Source: the human T2T-CHM13v2.0 reference genome, Homo sapiens | Length of the DNA stretch: 64,000 bases | Assembly (NCBI RefSeq): GCF_009914755.1 | Contig: NC_060947.1 | Strand: one strand, 5' to 3' | Shown: positions 49,707 to 64,000 of the stretch, one piece after another | Layout: each line of letters starts with the position of its first letter | How positions within the stretch are numbered: position 1 is the stretch's first letter | Position numbers and translations under genes: made by a program | Notes under the pieces: generated by a model | What the model saw: only the letters and a program-made list of their open reading frames with translations | What the model was told of the DNA's origin: nothing | The model's database searches: none

Positions 49707-49969
49707 TTTTTTTTTGAGTCAGGTTCTCGCTCTTTTGCCCAGGCTGGAGTGCAGTGGGGCAGTCATGCTTCACTGCAGCCTCGAACTCCTGAGCTCAAGT
49801 GATAATCCTACCTCAGCCTCCCAAATTGGTAGGATTACCAGTTCATGCCACCATGCCCAACTAATTTTTTAAATTTTTTTTCAAAGACAGGGTCTCATTA
49901 TGTTGCCCACACTGGTCTCAAACTCCTGGCCTCAACAGATCCTCTTGCTTCAGCCTCCCAAAACTCTGG
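49707..49969 (-). mobile_element. AluJ, 5'-truncated
   Basis: Alu arms with J-type motifs. Confidence 0.85.
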
Positions 49970-50260
49970 TTGATTTAAAAAGTATATGTATCCAAAATGA
50001 GTCAAAAGAGAATGACACTATTGGTCAAATTGGGAATTATGACCTTTGGAATGAATGGGGATGAAACCAGAATATTTGGATTGCTAAACAGCTATTTAGC
50101 AGTAGTTGTCTTTTGACTTCTGTTTTGTCTTTTCTTCTCCCAAAACTCCTTCCTCCTATCTTCTTTCTCACTGATACTTGTACTATCTTTGTTATTATAC
50201 TGTTTTGACTTTTTATATTGGTAAAAGACATATTTTTAAATCTTTATAAAAAGATAGTTG

Positions 50261-50334
50261 AGAATTTGACCTATATCTGATATATGTATTTTATTTTAGA
50301 ATTTGACCTATATCTGATATATGTATTTTATTTT
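50261..50334. repeat. Perfect 37-bp tandem duplication
   Basis: AGAATTTGACCTATATCTGATATATGTATTTTATTTT x2. Confidence 0.95.
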
Positions 50335-51270
50335 AAACATGTAGTACTTTACAGAATTCATTATTGCTGATTAATGAAACTGCCTTATGACATTTTCAGA
50401 TTTCTTTCCAATAACCCTTGCTTGTATATTAAATGGCACCCTACAAAATATCTGATTTCTTATTCTACTTAAAACCCCTCCTCCACCCCCTACCTAGCTA
50501 GCTAACTCTTTGTTCATCATGTCCATTTTATCTGTTACTCTTTTCATGAATTTCTTTGCATAATTTGTTTTTTATTTTTTTCAATGGGATCATAGACCCT
50601 ACCTCTATTCTTCACATTCTTTTGAATGAGGATTGAGTTAATTAAAGCACTTAATACCTGACACATTATAAGCATCATATAATTTTTAGTTATCATTGCC
50701 ATTTAATTATGTTTAAAAATTCTACACTCAAAAGTTTAAAATTAAAAACTTATATTCAGTATTATATATATCATGTAATGTAATTTTCATATCTTTAAGA
50801 AACTGTACACGTATATTTTTCTTTAAAATTAAACTCCAGTGTAACATTCTTTATATACAAGGATTAGGATTATAGTCTTAAATGTTACTAAAAATTATTT
50901 ATTTCTTTGTCATATATTATACTGCCAGGAAAACATTGAGTAGGTATCTTGTTTTACCTTTGGCCCCTCCAAAATGTATTTAGTCTTTTCTATGTTTTAC
51001 TGGAAAATGCTATAAATTATCTATCTTAAAAATATCACATGGATCACTGGCTTAGCCAGACAATTTTCTTCCTATATCTACCTATTTGCCTATCTTTGTA
51101 ATCTTGATATTCTTATTCAAACAGTTATGTGATAGTTTCTATAAATTGGACATACTGTAACAAAACATTATTTTGAGAAGAACTCTGTCTTTTAAATGTT
51201 CTTTTTAAAAATTAGTTGTTGGCACTCAAAACAATTATACTTATCAACCATAATACTTTTTTAACTGTTT

Positions 51271-51562
51271 CTTTTTGAGACAAAGGCTTGCTCTGTTTCT
51301 CAGGCTGGAGTGCAGTGGTGTGATCATGGCTTACTTCAGCCTTGACCTTCTGGGCTCAAGCAATTCTCCTACCTCAGCCTCCTGAGTAGCTGGAATGACA
51401 GATATGCATCCCCACACCGAGCTAATTTCTTTTTATATTTTTTATAGAGTCGAAGTCTCTCTATCTTGCCCAGGCTAGTCTTGAACTCCTGGGCTCAAGT
51501 AATCCTCCAGCCTCAGCCTTCCAAATTGCTGGGATTACAGGCATGAGCCACCATGACCAGCC
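51271..51562 (-). mobile_element. AluJ
   Basis: Full dimer; TSD TTTTTAA(C/T)TGTTT. Confidence 0.9.
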
Positions 51563-51981
51563 TCTTTTTAATTGTTTAAGAATTTTTTTTAAAACAAAAA
51601 CATGTTCACTTGGGGGTAAAAATTAAATAGAGAATATTTTCCCAAATTCTGTATTTCAGAAATTACAACTTAATTTTGAAGTTACATGTAGGCAGTTACA
51701 ATACTTACAAAACAAAAATGTTTGCCTATCTGTGTGAATCTGCATGGTTTAACTGGTTATTTTCACTATTTTTTTCTCCTTCCTCCCTCTTCACTATTTT
51801 TTAACTTAAGTTCAAGTATCTTGAGGAACCTGTTTTTAATCTTTAATATATCTAGTATAACATTGTCTTTTTTGAGATTTGGGACTCAGAATTGCCCTAT
51901 TTAAATTTATTTTTTGAAAATTCCCCCATCTATAAGAGCATTAATGATGCAATAATAATATTCCTTGTCTCCTGGCAACAG

Positions 51982-52111
51982 TAACCCTGGAATTGCAGCA
52001 AGTGAGGTGTAGAGAATGTGTGGAGATCAGGTGATGCAGAACTCTGGTAAAGGATGTTAGTCTTCAGAGTAAGACTGTTAAATTCAGCAAAGTCTACTAT
52101 CAGAAGACACG
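51982..52111 (+). other. Candidate 130-nt non-coding exon
   Basis: TTCCTTGTCTCCTGGCAACAG| acceptor and ACG|GTGAGC donor; purine-rich island in AT-rich unique DNA; stops in all three frames. Confidence 0.35.
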
Positions 52112-52733
52112 GTGAGCAATCTTGTAGAAAGGGAGTTTTTCTTTTAGTTTTAACTCTGAGCACACATCAAAATTGACGTTTAATTTATATTTTGTCCAGA
52201 AACTTATTTGATTCAACTAAAATATCTTTGAAAATTATCTCTTTCATTAATAACTGTGCCCAAAATCATGGCTGTGGTAAAACTGAACTCAGTTAATATG
52301 TTTAAAAGGGCATCAATAATTGTTTTAATATTTTATTTTCTGAACTAGCTCAAGAGTAAGAGATAAAAGACATAACTGATACGTTGATATAGTATTAAGA
52401 ATTATGTTTTTTCAGAACTCTAGAGTAAGAGAGTTACAAAACTCCCTACGTCCTACATTAATTGACTGACACATTGACATCTCAATAAATAGCCTGATGA
52501 TGGATTATTTTCAAACTTTAATTTGTTTCTGAAGTGAAGTATTAAAAGACTATACCTAATTCCTTTTTTGATATCAAATGTTTTTAATTACTACATACCA
52601 GTGAAAGAAAGTTATTGTCAGGTAATCAAGCATGTTTACATATCTGTATTTTTTTTATATAGTCCTGAACTTCCTTTTCAGATTATTTTTTTTCCTTTAA
52701 AGCACTCATGTCTTATCTCATTTGTATAGTTTT

Positions 52734-53034
<301 letters not shown>

Positions 53035-53740
53035 TCACTTGTATAGCTTTTAAGTACCTTAAGAGTGAAGTTACCTTATTTTCCTCTAGTAGAACAATTT
53101 AATGCAAGTAAAGTTTAGAAAAATAATCAAATTAATCATAAACTGAATGGATTTTATTAAGCCAATTGTATTTTAAAATAGCAAAGACTGCATTTTGAAA
53201 TTGTTTCTTTAAAGAATGCCATTATCATTCACCCTTTTTCTCCTATGAAAATTAACTGCAGATGTGAGAGAAAATATGAGGACCTGAATATCTGTAGCCA
53301 AACTAAGAGTAGAAGGTGTTGAAATGAGGGAGGGGACTTCCCCATGATAAGGAGACTTAAGGAAAAAAGTGACTAGAAAAAAATGCCACGTCTTTCAGCA
53401 AAACTGCCTTCTGAGCGTGAACTTAAATTTGTATTTGTGTTGGAAATGCTTGAAGAAATGTGAGGAGAAGGAGGAGTTATTTGTGTGTCGGGGGGTGGGA
53501 AAAAAAGTGGAGGTTACTGAGTGGGAGGTTGGGAATTCATGGGGCAAGTCATTATTTATAAGAAAAAAAGGGAAAATAGTTTTTGGTATAGGAAAGGAGA
53601 AAGGTAGTAGTATCCCATGGGAGAAAGTTCAGCAATGAAGGAGAATGGAAAGTAATAAGAGATCACCCCACCTAGGGTAGGTAGAATCCATATGATTCCT
53701 TCTTTCTTTATTTCTCTCCCTTTAAAAAAATGCCTTTCAT

Positions 53741-54036
<296 letters not shown>

Positions 54037-54085
54037 TCATTTTATCTTTCTTTAATGGCCCCTTCTCTTGCTTGCCTACTAGCAG

Positions 54086-54172
54086 GCTCCCTCCTGAGCC
54101 TCACGCTAACACCACACCCCTGTAGTTTTTCTCCTTGATGGGATGGGTTTGAGGAGAGCAGCAGTTGGTGAG
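54086..54172 (+). other. Candidate 87-nt exon; next acceptor at 54307/54308
   Basis: CCTTCTCTTGCTTGCCTACTAGCAG|...GAG|GTAAGT; downstream TTTCTACTTTTCTCCTTCCTCAG|. Confidence 0.3.
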
Positions 54173-54826
54173 GTAAGTTTTAATGTCTGAGAGGGTGCGG
54201 TGAGTAGACGGGGAGAGCTATGAACAGAAGTTTTTTGGGTTTTTTTTGTTAGTAAAAGGCTTTTTCTAGAAACATTGGGATGAGTTTCTACTTTTCTCCT
54301 TCCTCAGATAGTGTTTAAGAGGGATGTGAAAGATGTATATGGTGTTGGCTATAATTCTGGAGTCCCCTTCAGAGAATACTTAATTCCTTGAGTGTTGACA
54401 GGGTTATCCACAGAGGGGTTAGTGATTTGGAATGATGTGGAAAAAGCTTATGAGGTTACTGGGTTTACTGTGAGGGTCATGGCGAGTTGTACAGCATCCA
54501 GTGCAGAGAGAATGGCATTTTGGTCTCACTAGGTGGCTTTACCTCCCAGCTTGCTTGAAAGCCTGTTGTACTTCAGAGTATTCTCAGCGATTCCCTTCAA
54601 AAGGGGCTGGAGATTTCTCTGGCCAGCTTGCTTCTCTGAAATTGGTGGCAGTTTGGAGAGGCAGCAACTCTGCATCATTTACATCAGAAGCAAGAGAAGC
54701 TCACTTGGTGACTGTTGAATTCACATAGCTATAAATCTTTACCAGCTACAGCCACTGGAAGGGGCAGAGGAAGAGTAGGAAGGGGAAGTAGTACTACTGT
54801 TGTAGTTTTCCCAATGAAGCAAAATA

Positions 54827-55577
54827 TGTAGCAGTATTTTGTTGTTTGAGATAGTATCCAGAGTTTTTTTTTTATATTTAAGAGAATTAAGGAGCGTGGA
54901 CACAAGGGTGAATTTCAAGTGAAAGTTTAATAAGCAAAAGAAGAACGCTTTCTGCAGCAGACAGTGGGGCCCAAAGGGGTTCCCCACCATGAGGCCGGGG
55001 TTCAGGGTTTTTATGGACCGGGATGGGAAGGAATGTGCATAGTTTGCAGGCTGTTTTGAGGAAAGTGTGATTTAGCTTGGTCTGGGACCAATCAGGAGCT
55101 GAAGTGATGATTTATTGGGGCTACCTAGCTTGGCCCAGGACCTAGTAGAAGCTGAAGTGAAAGCTTGGCCAAAGACCTTGGCCCTGGGACCAATTAGGAG
55201 CTGAAGCAATGATTTATTTAGGCCGAGCTTACGGTTTAAAGCATGTTTAGAAAAGAAAAAAAAAAAAGTGCCCACCAGAACCTACTGGAGCACCCCATGT
55301 ACATGCCCACATAAGGAGAAGAGACTATTTCCTGGAAGCCTGCTGGTTATACAAAGGACAAAGACATTTCTATGCAGAGTCTTGTTCTCTTATTACCGTG
55401 GCTGCAGGCATGTCTTAGGCACAAAGAACAAAGGTTGGGCCTTGTTTCTTTATCTGAGTGGGCCAGAGGTTTGTGCAAGTTTTCTTATCTGTGCCTGCAG
55501 CCTGATTTTTCAGGCTGTTTCTCCAATTACAGGAGTTTTACCAAGGGCCCACCCTAACTGCCACCTTTTCTCTCTTA
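54827..55577 (-). repeat. 3' LTR of an ERV1 provirus (family unresolved; MER61/MER83/LTR9-like)
   Basis: Adjacent polypurine tract (GAGGGGGAGAA on -, from 55578), repeated GGACCAAT(C/T)AGGAGCTGAAG units, poly(A) signal ATTAAA on -; left boundary uncertain. Confidence 0.7.
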
Positions 55578-57294
55578 TTCTCCCCCTCAGGAGTGGAGAC
55601 CCTAACTGCTGTTAGGGAGATTAAGCGTTGATTTTTTTTTTTTAGCTACTTTTTGCTGGAGATGGGTGTTGTGTGGGGAACAGCAACTAGGGTTTCTTTT
55701 GGGGCTGGCTTAAGGGTCCTTGGAAGAAAGGCATGTTTATGCATGGTTCCTTTTGCATTACCATTTGTAGCTTGATAGCCGTTAGATGAGAAGAAACAAT
55801 GTGGGTTATTAGAGTACATGTATTAAAATGAAACAAGGATGGAGGTAAAGAAGCTTAAAAATTCCAAGGCTAAGTGATGGCTAGTTATGCGTGTTAAGAT
55901 TTGGGTTCATGGGGCTTGGCTTCGGTTAGCTTTCTTGGTTTTACTTTTTAAACAAAGAAACTTGTGGGTTATGCGAACTTTATTTACTTTTATTACCTGG
56001 CAGGACTTGTGGGATAATTGCCCAGAACTAGAGTATTGTTTTCGATTTCTACATTACCCATTCCCTTTTGTTTCCTTTGAGTGGTAGTTGGAGATTGCTG
56101 GTTGATTTACAGAAATAGGGTTAGTTTAAAATGTAGGTAGGCAAGAACTTGAAAACAACTACTGAGACTAGAAATTAATGACAGCTGTATGATAACTTTT
56201 GAAACATAATTTTTTCTCCAGTCCTCATTTTTGTTAAAAACAAATTATGATAAGATTGTGTTGTTTGCAAAATAGACTTTAGTCTCATACTTGGCCTGAT
56301 TATTTACAGAAACTGCAGCAAGAATAATTACCTTTACATAGGCCTTTTAGATGGGCTTTGATGGAACTCTGTTTTACAAGGAATCTTAGATAGGACTTTT
56401 TAAAGCTGAGCCCAGCCATGGGTTTGCACCCTTAAATACCTGTGAGTTGGGTAAACTCCTTTTTTTCTGAGGTTTCAAGAGCATGGTGTTCTGGGCCTGT
56501 TAGAAAATGACTTTTTTACTCACCACAGATTAAGAACCCTGTACAGGGACTGTGTAGACAAAGTATAAGGCCAATTTTTCCAAGGGGCTTTTTTTGGCTT
56601 TTCAAGTTAAGCTTGACTTCTTAAAGGGAAACACATCCTTTTAGTTAAACCCTTGGCAAAACACCAGTTTTTAAATTGTCCTGTTGCAAAAGAAAATGCA
56701 TTCTTATTGCACTGATGCAAACAATATATTGTTAGAAGTTAAGAATGCTTACATGTAGTGTCTGAATTTTAGAGGAACCAGGCAGAGAGAAACAAACATG
56801 TTTTACATTTTGCTTTCAGGAGTATACCTCACTTAATTGTTAAAGGCTGTATCTAGTTTAAAATAAGTTTTCTTGACTGAAAAACAAGGATTAGCAATAT
56901 TTTAAGCAAAAGTTAAAAAGATTATATTAGCTTTTTATGAGTTCAGTCCATTCAGTTAACTCTTGTTTTGCTTGATATTTATAAACATTTCAGCTTTTTA
57001 TGAATCCTGTATGCTTTTCCATTATTAGATACCTGCATTTGAAAGCACCTGTTAAAGTTTTACAGCTGAGTTTAAAACATTTTTTGAAGAGGATTAAAAC
57101 AAGACAATTGTCTTAAATGACAAAATGATCAGGGTGTTTACAGTTAGAAACACAATTGTCAAAGAAATTTGGTTATTTTTGTGGTTTACAACAGTTTAAG
57201 ATAATTTCAATTATAATTGATAGCATATATTTAAACATTAGAACTTTAGACATCCCATATGGTTTTAGAACATATGTTAATAATATTTACTGAA

Positions 57295-57633
<339 letters not shown>

Positions 57634-58348
57634 TTACTTTGGCAATTCCATGTATTTAAACATCTTTAATAATTCTGTTTACCTGTTTTCTGGATGCTCT
57701 AGGGGCCCGCTGTAGCATCCGAAAGCTAGGTGTTAGGAAAGTCTATTTATTTTGGGAAGCCCATTAAATATGTTATTGGTTTAAAACACTTGATATTATG
57801 AAATGGAATTTTAGATTACCATAAGTTATTTATTTTTCTAAAATGATGACTTAAAAATTTGAAAAATCAAAAGCCTTTTATTAGCCTTTAGTATTACACA
57901 AAAATCCTGTTCAAGAGAGAAAGCCAAATTTTACCCTTGCATTAGTTTACTATTAATGTTAACCCCAATTTTTAATGAAACCTTGTGGACAATTATATTT
58001 AATTTTCACTGGTTTGATCATGAAGTGAGATTTTTACAAACCTTTTATAACCCTTTACAAATTTTACTGAAAAGAAAACCTTGTTGTGCTTTTATTTTAA
58101 TGCTTAACTTAAAGAAAAATCTATGTAATACTCCTTTGAATTTAGTTAACATGTATATACAGAGTTTTCATGGTAAGATTAATTCATACAGTTTTTCCAC
58201 AGTTTGCTTAAATCTTCTGCTTTATTTTATTTAAGAAAATTCTTTATCCCTAGGCAAAATGTACATTTCCATGCCTTCTTACAATTTTTTAGTAAAAACA
58301 CATTTTACTGTTTTCACACGCCTTGCACGTAAATCCATTTTCAGTAGT

Positions 58349-58702
58349 TGATATGGTTTGTCTGTGTCCCCACCCAAATTTCAACTTGACTTGTATCTCC
58401 CAGAATTTCCACATGTTGTGGAAGTGACCCAGGGAGAGGTAACTGAATCATGGGGGCTGGTCTTTCCTGTGCTATTCTCATGATAGTGAATGAGTCTCAC
58501 GAGATCTGATGGGTTTATCAGGGGTTTCCACTTTTGCTTCTTTCTCATTTTCTCTTGCTGCCACCATGTAAGAAGTGCCTTTCGCCTCCCACCATGATCC
58601 TGAGGCCTTCCCAGACATGTGGCACTGTAAGTCCAATTAAACCTCTTTTTCTTCTCAATCTCAGGTATGCCTTTATCAGAAGCATGAAAACAGACTAATA
58701 CA
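58349..58702 (+). mobile_element. THE1A solo LTR
   Basis: TGATATGG...CTAATACA; 5-bp TSD GTAG(T/A). Confidence 0.9.
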
Positions 58703-59764
58703 GTAGACTTAATTACATGTTATAATGGTAACTCTTAGCAATTTTTAACTTCAATGTAAAACTTGGTAAGTTGTTATAATTATATACTAGGTGCAGATAA
58801 AGTTTGATGTTTTTCAGCATAATTAGAGGCATGGTTACTTTCATATGTCCCCAGACCTTACCCATTGTGAAGCAGGCAAGTTGAACAGTTTTTAAAGGCC
58901 AAAGAAGCAGTTTAAAACCTTAAAACATTTAGCAAACCTACTATGTGACTTGCATAATTTAGACTACCTATTTATATTTTTAAGACATTTGCATTTTACC
59001 AATAATCTTTAAGGCTGTTTTTATTTTTTAAAGATTAAAGTCACATGAACTGAAAGGTACCAGAGCTTTTATTTTTCCCTTTAAAAAATATTTGATCCAA
59101 GGGCTTATCCTTTTTCAAGTTAATTAATTAGAGCTCTTCTTAAATAGACATTACACACACAACACATGTATAACTACACAGACAGGCAGAAGAAAATCCA
59201 GCAGCTTAGGGTGGAACCATTTAAGAATAGGGCTCAGAAAGTATGTAGTTTCTGTGGCCTGACAAACAAGCATACCTGGAAGGCGAAAATAGATTTTGAG
59301 AGGTATTTATTTGCCTCTAATTTCAGGGGTTTAATGAGGAAAACAGATATTTTTCCCAAAATGGGATTTGTGGTGACTTTTCGGTTTTCTCAAGGAGTCC
59401 TGGGTTACCAGAAGTTATCCTAGGGCCTTTTATGCATGCACCAAGAGTGGCAAGACAGATTGGAGGAAAATAATTTAGTTGACTGAGAAAAAACGTTTTC
59501 CAGAAAAACAAATTTATGAAGAGAAAAACATAAAGGCTTTAAAAATATACCTATAACTTAAATATCCACTTTTAATTAAGCTGAGCACTTTTTAAGAAAA
59601 TTATTTTTTATTAATTAAAACTACAGAGAGTATAAACAGTGATTCTTACTATTTCTTTTATCAGTTTATACCACTATCTGTTCACAATAATGTTCAGGTT
59701 TTCTAGTTTTCTCTGGAAGAAAGTGGCTGCATTCAGACGGGGAGTTTTTTAGGTGGACTGCAGA

Positions 59765-60636
59765 TCACTCTAGCAGCAAAGCTTGATATTTGAGGAGGTG
59801 ATTGTCTGTTAGCCAGAGACTTTCCCTAGAGGACAGCAGTCTTGCTATATTGTGTGGGGTGTAAACAGTTAAGTTATTCCCCATGGTTAACCTGTTGGCT
59901 TCTGGCACCTGCAAAGCCACCACTGCAACTTCTTAGAGGCAGGCTGGCCATCCTTTAGCCATTAAGTTAAATTCCTTGCTTAGGTAACCCACTGATTGTT
60001 GAGCTGCACCTTGAGCCTTAGTTAAAACTTCCAGGGTTATTCCCTTGCTTTCTGATACATAGAGATTAAATGCCTTCCTTATGGGAAGACTGAAGAAAGC
60101 TGCTGCTTTCAAGCAAGGCTTGCTTTAATTGTTTAAAGGCTTTTGAGTTTTACGTTCTTAAGTTAGGGAGTGAGTTTTATCTGCTCGAGTTTCTTTTATG
60201 AGGTGGTATAAAGGGTGAGCTATTCCACTGTACCCAGGTACCCACAGTCTGCAAAATTCATTAATGCCTAAGAATCCTCTTAACTGTTAAAGTAAATGGG
60301 CTTAATCCTTTTCTCACCTGGTGCTCTCATCACTTTTGATAAGGCTGACTTACATACTTTACTGAAGTCTGACAGAGCTGAGCTTTAGATTTTGAGACCC
60401 TATATTCCCTTTTAGCTAAGAAATTATGAAGAGCTTTTAGTGCCTTCTAGAGAAGCCCTTCACGATTGTGCAGTGGGAGGAAGGGAGGCCTGGACTGGGG
60501 AGGAGAACAGAAAGACCAGCTTCAGTGTTTAGAAGGAAGTTTACCTTCCTCCCTTTTACCTCCAGAATTACCCAGGGCCCCTGAGTCATAATGGCAGTCT
60601 GAGTTGATGGAGCCGGGGGGTTGAGCCTCAGGACCC

Positions 60637-60640
<4 letters not shown>
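59765..60640 (-). pseudogene. Gamma-like pro/pol remnant (protease start; RT thumb/connection) with large internal deletion
   Basis: PWVILEVKGRKVNFLLNTEA (degenerate DTGA), [54 protein letters not shown]. Confidence 0.8.
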
Positions 60641-62361
<1,721 letters not shown>

Positions 62362-63051
62362 CTAGAAAAGAGGCGGGGGAAAGATGTCTCCTTTCTCTTT
62401 TCTGAGTGACCCAGAGTGACCCTAGCCCTCCATCTTGCTGGTTTCCTAGACACACTTGGCCCATAGGGCTCCCAAGATACCCTAGGGGCCTGGGAGAGAT
62501 TATGTAGTAGTTGGATTTGGGCAAGACTCTTTAACAGAGGGAGTGTTTTAATACTATCTCTGGCTTCCCTTCCTATGGCCCCAGTGAAACATTAGAATTC
62601 CAGAGAATGACACCAATTGACTTCCAAATATAAAATCCCATTGTTGTTTAAATGTCAATGTAGTTACATTCAGAGCATGTGCCTTAAAAGAATACAAAGA
62701 TTGAATGGCTGTTTTTCCTTTGATGGGGACAGTACCAAGGCTGGAATCTGTCTTACCGGGATGGCTTCCTCCTGGCTATTGAAAGTGGAGTTTTTCTGAC
62801 TACAAATAGGGTATGGGGCCTGATCACTGATAGAGGGATGTAAGAGAGAAAAAATTGGGGGAACTAGAAATTTGGGGCAAAGAGCTGACAAGGCTCCCCA
62901 AGGAGAAAAATTCCATCCCACTAGATGGCGCTGTAAGGTCTGAAATGTTAGGTAAAAACTGACTCCAAATTCTTTTTAGACAAAAGTTAGAAAGAGAGTT
63001 TTAGGGCTTGATAGGCTGTCTTAAAGTATGCCTCCCAGCAGAAGAAAATTG

Positions 63052-63365
63052 TGTATTAGTCTGTTTTCATGCTGCTGTTAAAGACATACCTGAGACTGGA
63101 CAATTTACAAAAGGAAGAGGCTGGGACACCTGACAATCATGTTGGAAGGCAAGGAGGAGCAAGTCATGTCTTACATGGATGGCAAAAGGCAAACTTGTGC
63201 AGGGAAACACTCTTTTTAAAACCATCAGATCTCATGAGACTCATTATCATGAGGCCAGCACAGGAAAGACTTCCCCCATGAATCAGTTACCTCCCACCAG
63301 TTCCCTCCCACAACACATGGGAATTCAAGATGAGATTTGAGTAGGGACATAGCCACACCATATCA
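63052..63365 (-). mobile_element. THE1B-like solo LTR with internal deletion
   Basis: TGTATTAGTCTGTTTTCATGCTGCTG...CACCATATCA. Confidence 0.85.
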
Positions 63366-64000
63366 ACTTTTTCATAGAAAAGTATTTTAGTTCTGCTGGG
63401 AAGTGCTGGCTTCTCACATGGGAAAAGGAACAGCTTAAATGAAGGAGGGGATAGTTGCTTGGGGAGAAATAACTCCCTGTTTAACTCCATTGAGTGCTAT
63501 TGTTGGGAGATAAATAGGTTTTCAGATAAATAGGTTTTCTGAATAGATTCAGATCTTGGAATCCCCCATTTTAAGGAAACCACAGAGACAATAATTCGTT
63601 GAATTACATTCCTAAGGCTCCAGCTGACTTTGCCCAGTAAGACTATATCCCCAGGTTGCAAAAACACCCACAACATTGCATACAAAGCAGGGATAGGAAA
63701 CATGATAGTTGCAAAAAACAAAAAAAGAAGGAAAATGTGATAGAAAAAGACTGGAAGTCCTTTTGCCAATTCTCTAATGGGCTGTTGGTGACTGGAGTTA
63801 GTCCAAGGGCCCCCAGGTAACACTGAAGTGTAGCCTCAGCCAGATACCTTCAGTTGCCCCAGGACCTCCTTCCGGCCTCACGTGACAGCTAGGTCCTTTG
63901 TGAAAGGAAACTGGATTGGAACAAAGTCAACATTTTCAACACGTGAGGGCAAAGGGGGATTGAAAAAGTTCTCTCCAGCAAGCCTTTCCCCTGAGTCTTT

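Overview
Human genomic DNA (an AluYb8 is human-specific; SVA and L1PA2 are hominoid). Most of the window is interspersed repeats, and no host protein-coding gene can be recognised. Main content: a full-length L1PA5-7-type element (-, 7957-13849); an AluY plus 5'-truncated L1 sharing one target-site duplication (TSD) (+, 14289-17302); a stack of old L1MA elements hosting an SVA and a Ricksha; a MER4A-type ERV1 provirus (-, 35346-46449) containing a full-length L1PA2 with open ORF1 and ORF0; and a second ERV1 provirus (-, ~54830 to window end) with HERV-W/ERV9-clade gag-pro-pol remnants. There are also Tigger, Ricksha, MER20, THE1, L2, MIR and Alu copies. I found no new multi-gene system. The strongest unexplained signals are: (1) an identical non-consensus 10-bp duplication in two neighbouring inverted L1s of different age, suggesting gene conversion; (2) G-to-A (mostly GA>AA) hypermutation of the second provirus, consistent with APOBEC3 editing; (3) a palindrome-generating in-frame 81-bp insertion in L1 ORF2; (4) an LTR-less, inverted THE1 internal fragment flanked by a 13-bp duplication; (5) a captured ERVL LTR directly upstream of a FLYWCH-like transposase start in Ricksha; (6) several + strand candidate exons in the unique islands. 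Subfamily names come from remembered diagnostic motifs, not a database search, and boundaries of old elements are approximate.
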